The translations under genes were made by a program, and so were the position numbers. DNA of 64,000 nt from contig NC_042998.1 in NCBI RefSeq assembly GCF_006345805.1, forward strand, positions 106,392,001-106,456,000, written 5' to 3'. Below, piece by piece: positions 61,699 through 64,000 of this stretch. This DNA is from Octopus sinensis. Lineage: Eukaryota. A model generated the notes under the pieces. That model saw only the letters and a program-made list of their open reading frames with translations, searched no databases and had not been told where the DNA came from. Position 1 is the stretch's first letter. Every line of letters begins with the position of its first letter.

Positions 61699-64000
61699 TA
61701 CTTTATCTAGCCGAGAGAACTGAAACAAGGACTTGGTGAGATTTGGACTCAGGACATAAATAAAACAGAAAAAAATATTGCTAAGTATTTTACCCCATAA
61801 CACTTTGGCAAAATTGTTTCTTTTTTTTTCTGTCTTTGGTCAGTAAGTGTTATTTCCTATTTACTTCTAGAAACCAAAGGCTATGACCACTATTCCTTTC
61901 AAAACTTTGCTTTTGTGACCTGGACATCAATGTTTTGAAATAGACGTATTTTCCATTACATTTCAAACAGATTCAGTGCTGAGTTGTTGAAGCAGAAATA
62001 TCATTATAGCAAATATTCTGCTCAATACCACAGATTTGCTTGTTTGTTGCTGCACCTTAACTACAAAGTTTGAAGGAAATATTAGCCATTTTTCATAGTT
62101 TCTAGGGGTAAGCAAATAGAAAATAACAGTTGCTACCCAAGAACAAAATCGTGATACACAGCGTAATCTAATGATTTGCCAGCCCACCAGCTTAAAACAC
62201 TAGTTTAATAGTAAAAACCTAATTATTTTACTAAATCCCATCATTTTTTTAAAGTCAATTTAAACATACAAACAGTATATTTTATTACAAGTATGGTGAC
62301 TTAAAGGATAGTAGACTTAGCTCAGTTATGGGAATGCCCCAGTTGTTAAGTTATTATGTATATCCATGTTTATTAAATCAAAGATTTTTTATACCTCAGT
62401 TGTTTAAGTTCTGATAATTTCTAATAAAGATTATTCACAGCTAAGGTCTAATAAGGTCTAATAAAAGTGAAGCATGTCTGGAGTTGTCACTGATCAGACT
62501 CAATGTTCATTGCATGTCCCTATTCAATTTTTGTTTACAGTATTTTTTACCTTGTCTATTTTTACAAGCATTTATCATTATGCTAATGATTGTTTTCTCC
62601 TCACCACAACTATAATATTAATTCACTGATTTCTTTTGCTTCACTACATTATTTAACATTTACCTCCACCACTAAACTATTTGTTTTAATGCATAAGTCA
62701 TTCCTAACTAGTTTTCTTCGGGCATTCCTTACAGTAAACTACAAAGCTGAAGTTAAGATATTAACTGTTGACCCTTTGTTTGACAGCTCTTTAGCCCAAC
62801 CAGTTATAACTGCTCATTTTTTCATTAAATTTACACTATTTTAAAATCTCGGTCTTCAACTCTGAAGCAAATTACACAAATGCTATTAACTTTCATTCAA
62901 AATATTATCTATCTAAATTCATTTCCTATCACATTGTGTTAAAAATAGCAATGCATACTATAATTTTTTCATATAACTATGGTTTGCTTTTAGTAAAACT
63001 GTCAGTACAATGTAATCTATGAGTAGAACTTTAGAAATTCAACACTTCAATAATGAAAAAATATCAAAATAAAATTACATATCTTTATAAATTTTGCCAT
63101 AAATGTGATGTTTTTAAAAGTTTTCTGTAAAACACTAAATTAAGAGATAATTAAAATTGGTTAAAACTGGTTCTTTTATTATAAATGGATTAAATTGTTA
63201 AGTGTACGTAAAATTCAATGAAAACTATATCAGATGACTAACAAACTAAACTGGAATAAAATATGTAATCTTTATATATTTCAATATATTTCAGTTCTAT
63301 GAATTTAATTTTTTTTAAATTTAACTTAGCTGTTCTAGACCAAGGTAGAAATAACTATTCTTACCCTTCCAACCTTAACCATTGCTTACCCCAGGAAGTG
63401 CTTCATTTTCCCCTTCTGTTTGTTCTATCTTAATTTAGTGGCCCATGAGAAAATACTGCTTCACTGTAAAATTTATTTCCTTCCTTCACAACTTGCCTAT
63501 AAACTTTACCAGAAATATACATAAAATGAAATATGTGGAAACATACAGATAAATCAAATTATCTGTGAAGCAAAATTGTAAGGGGATTGCTTCTCTATTT
63601 ATTATAGGAAACAATATAGTGTTTGTACATCATTTGCAATCTCCACAGCCAAAGTTTTCAAACAGATAATTGCAGATTCATCAACATTATATATGTTTCA
63701 GGTATTATGAATTGCCTTGTGTCTTCTACATAGATATATTAATTAACTATGTGGCTAATATATTATAAGCAAATCAGGTAAATTATTAATGTTATATGCA
63801 AATAAATTACTTCTATATGTATACTGATTTAGATTACTAGTTCTCTAGATAACTGCAAAATGAAGGTGCATCTTCCCTGAAATAGGGATGTAAGAGAATA
63901 CCAGAAAGAATGATAGGATATTTAAACAATATTTTCAATTTGCAAAGTTTAAGCTTTCAACTGTATTTGCTCAAAATTAGTACATGTTCCAAGTATTAGG

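Overview
AT-rich, repeat-saturated eukaryotic DNA, most likely octopus (coleoid cephalopod) intronic or intergenic sequence. The taxon is inferred from the SINE/LINE families and microsatellite load, not from a search. There is no intact host gene; one clean candidate 48-nt exon lies on the minus strand (48540-48587). Most ORFs in the track are microsatellite or palindrome artefacts. Recognisable content: a young 5'-truncated RTE LINE (17901-19968) with a PHD-like finger in ORF2 and a 62-bp tandem array in its 3'UTR, plus many shorter copies of its tail; relics of RTE-BovB-, Tx1-, CR1- and R4/Dong-type LINEs; a full-length decayed mariner, a DD37D (maT-type) element and mariner fragments; hAT and Tc1/mariner MITEs; non-autonomous Helitron/Helentron-like elements; and many tRNA-derived SINEs (CORE-like and Nin/Deu-domain types). 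The most interesting signal is a set of short fold-back elements, probably Penelope-derived, whose arms carry minimal type I hammerhead-ribozyme folds with non-canonical cores (G3:C8 swap, U4C, possibly U3:A8). These occur at 12391-12731, 44826-45165 and in a cluster of four consecutive hairpins at 31889-32737. Ribozyme activity is untested inference.
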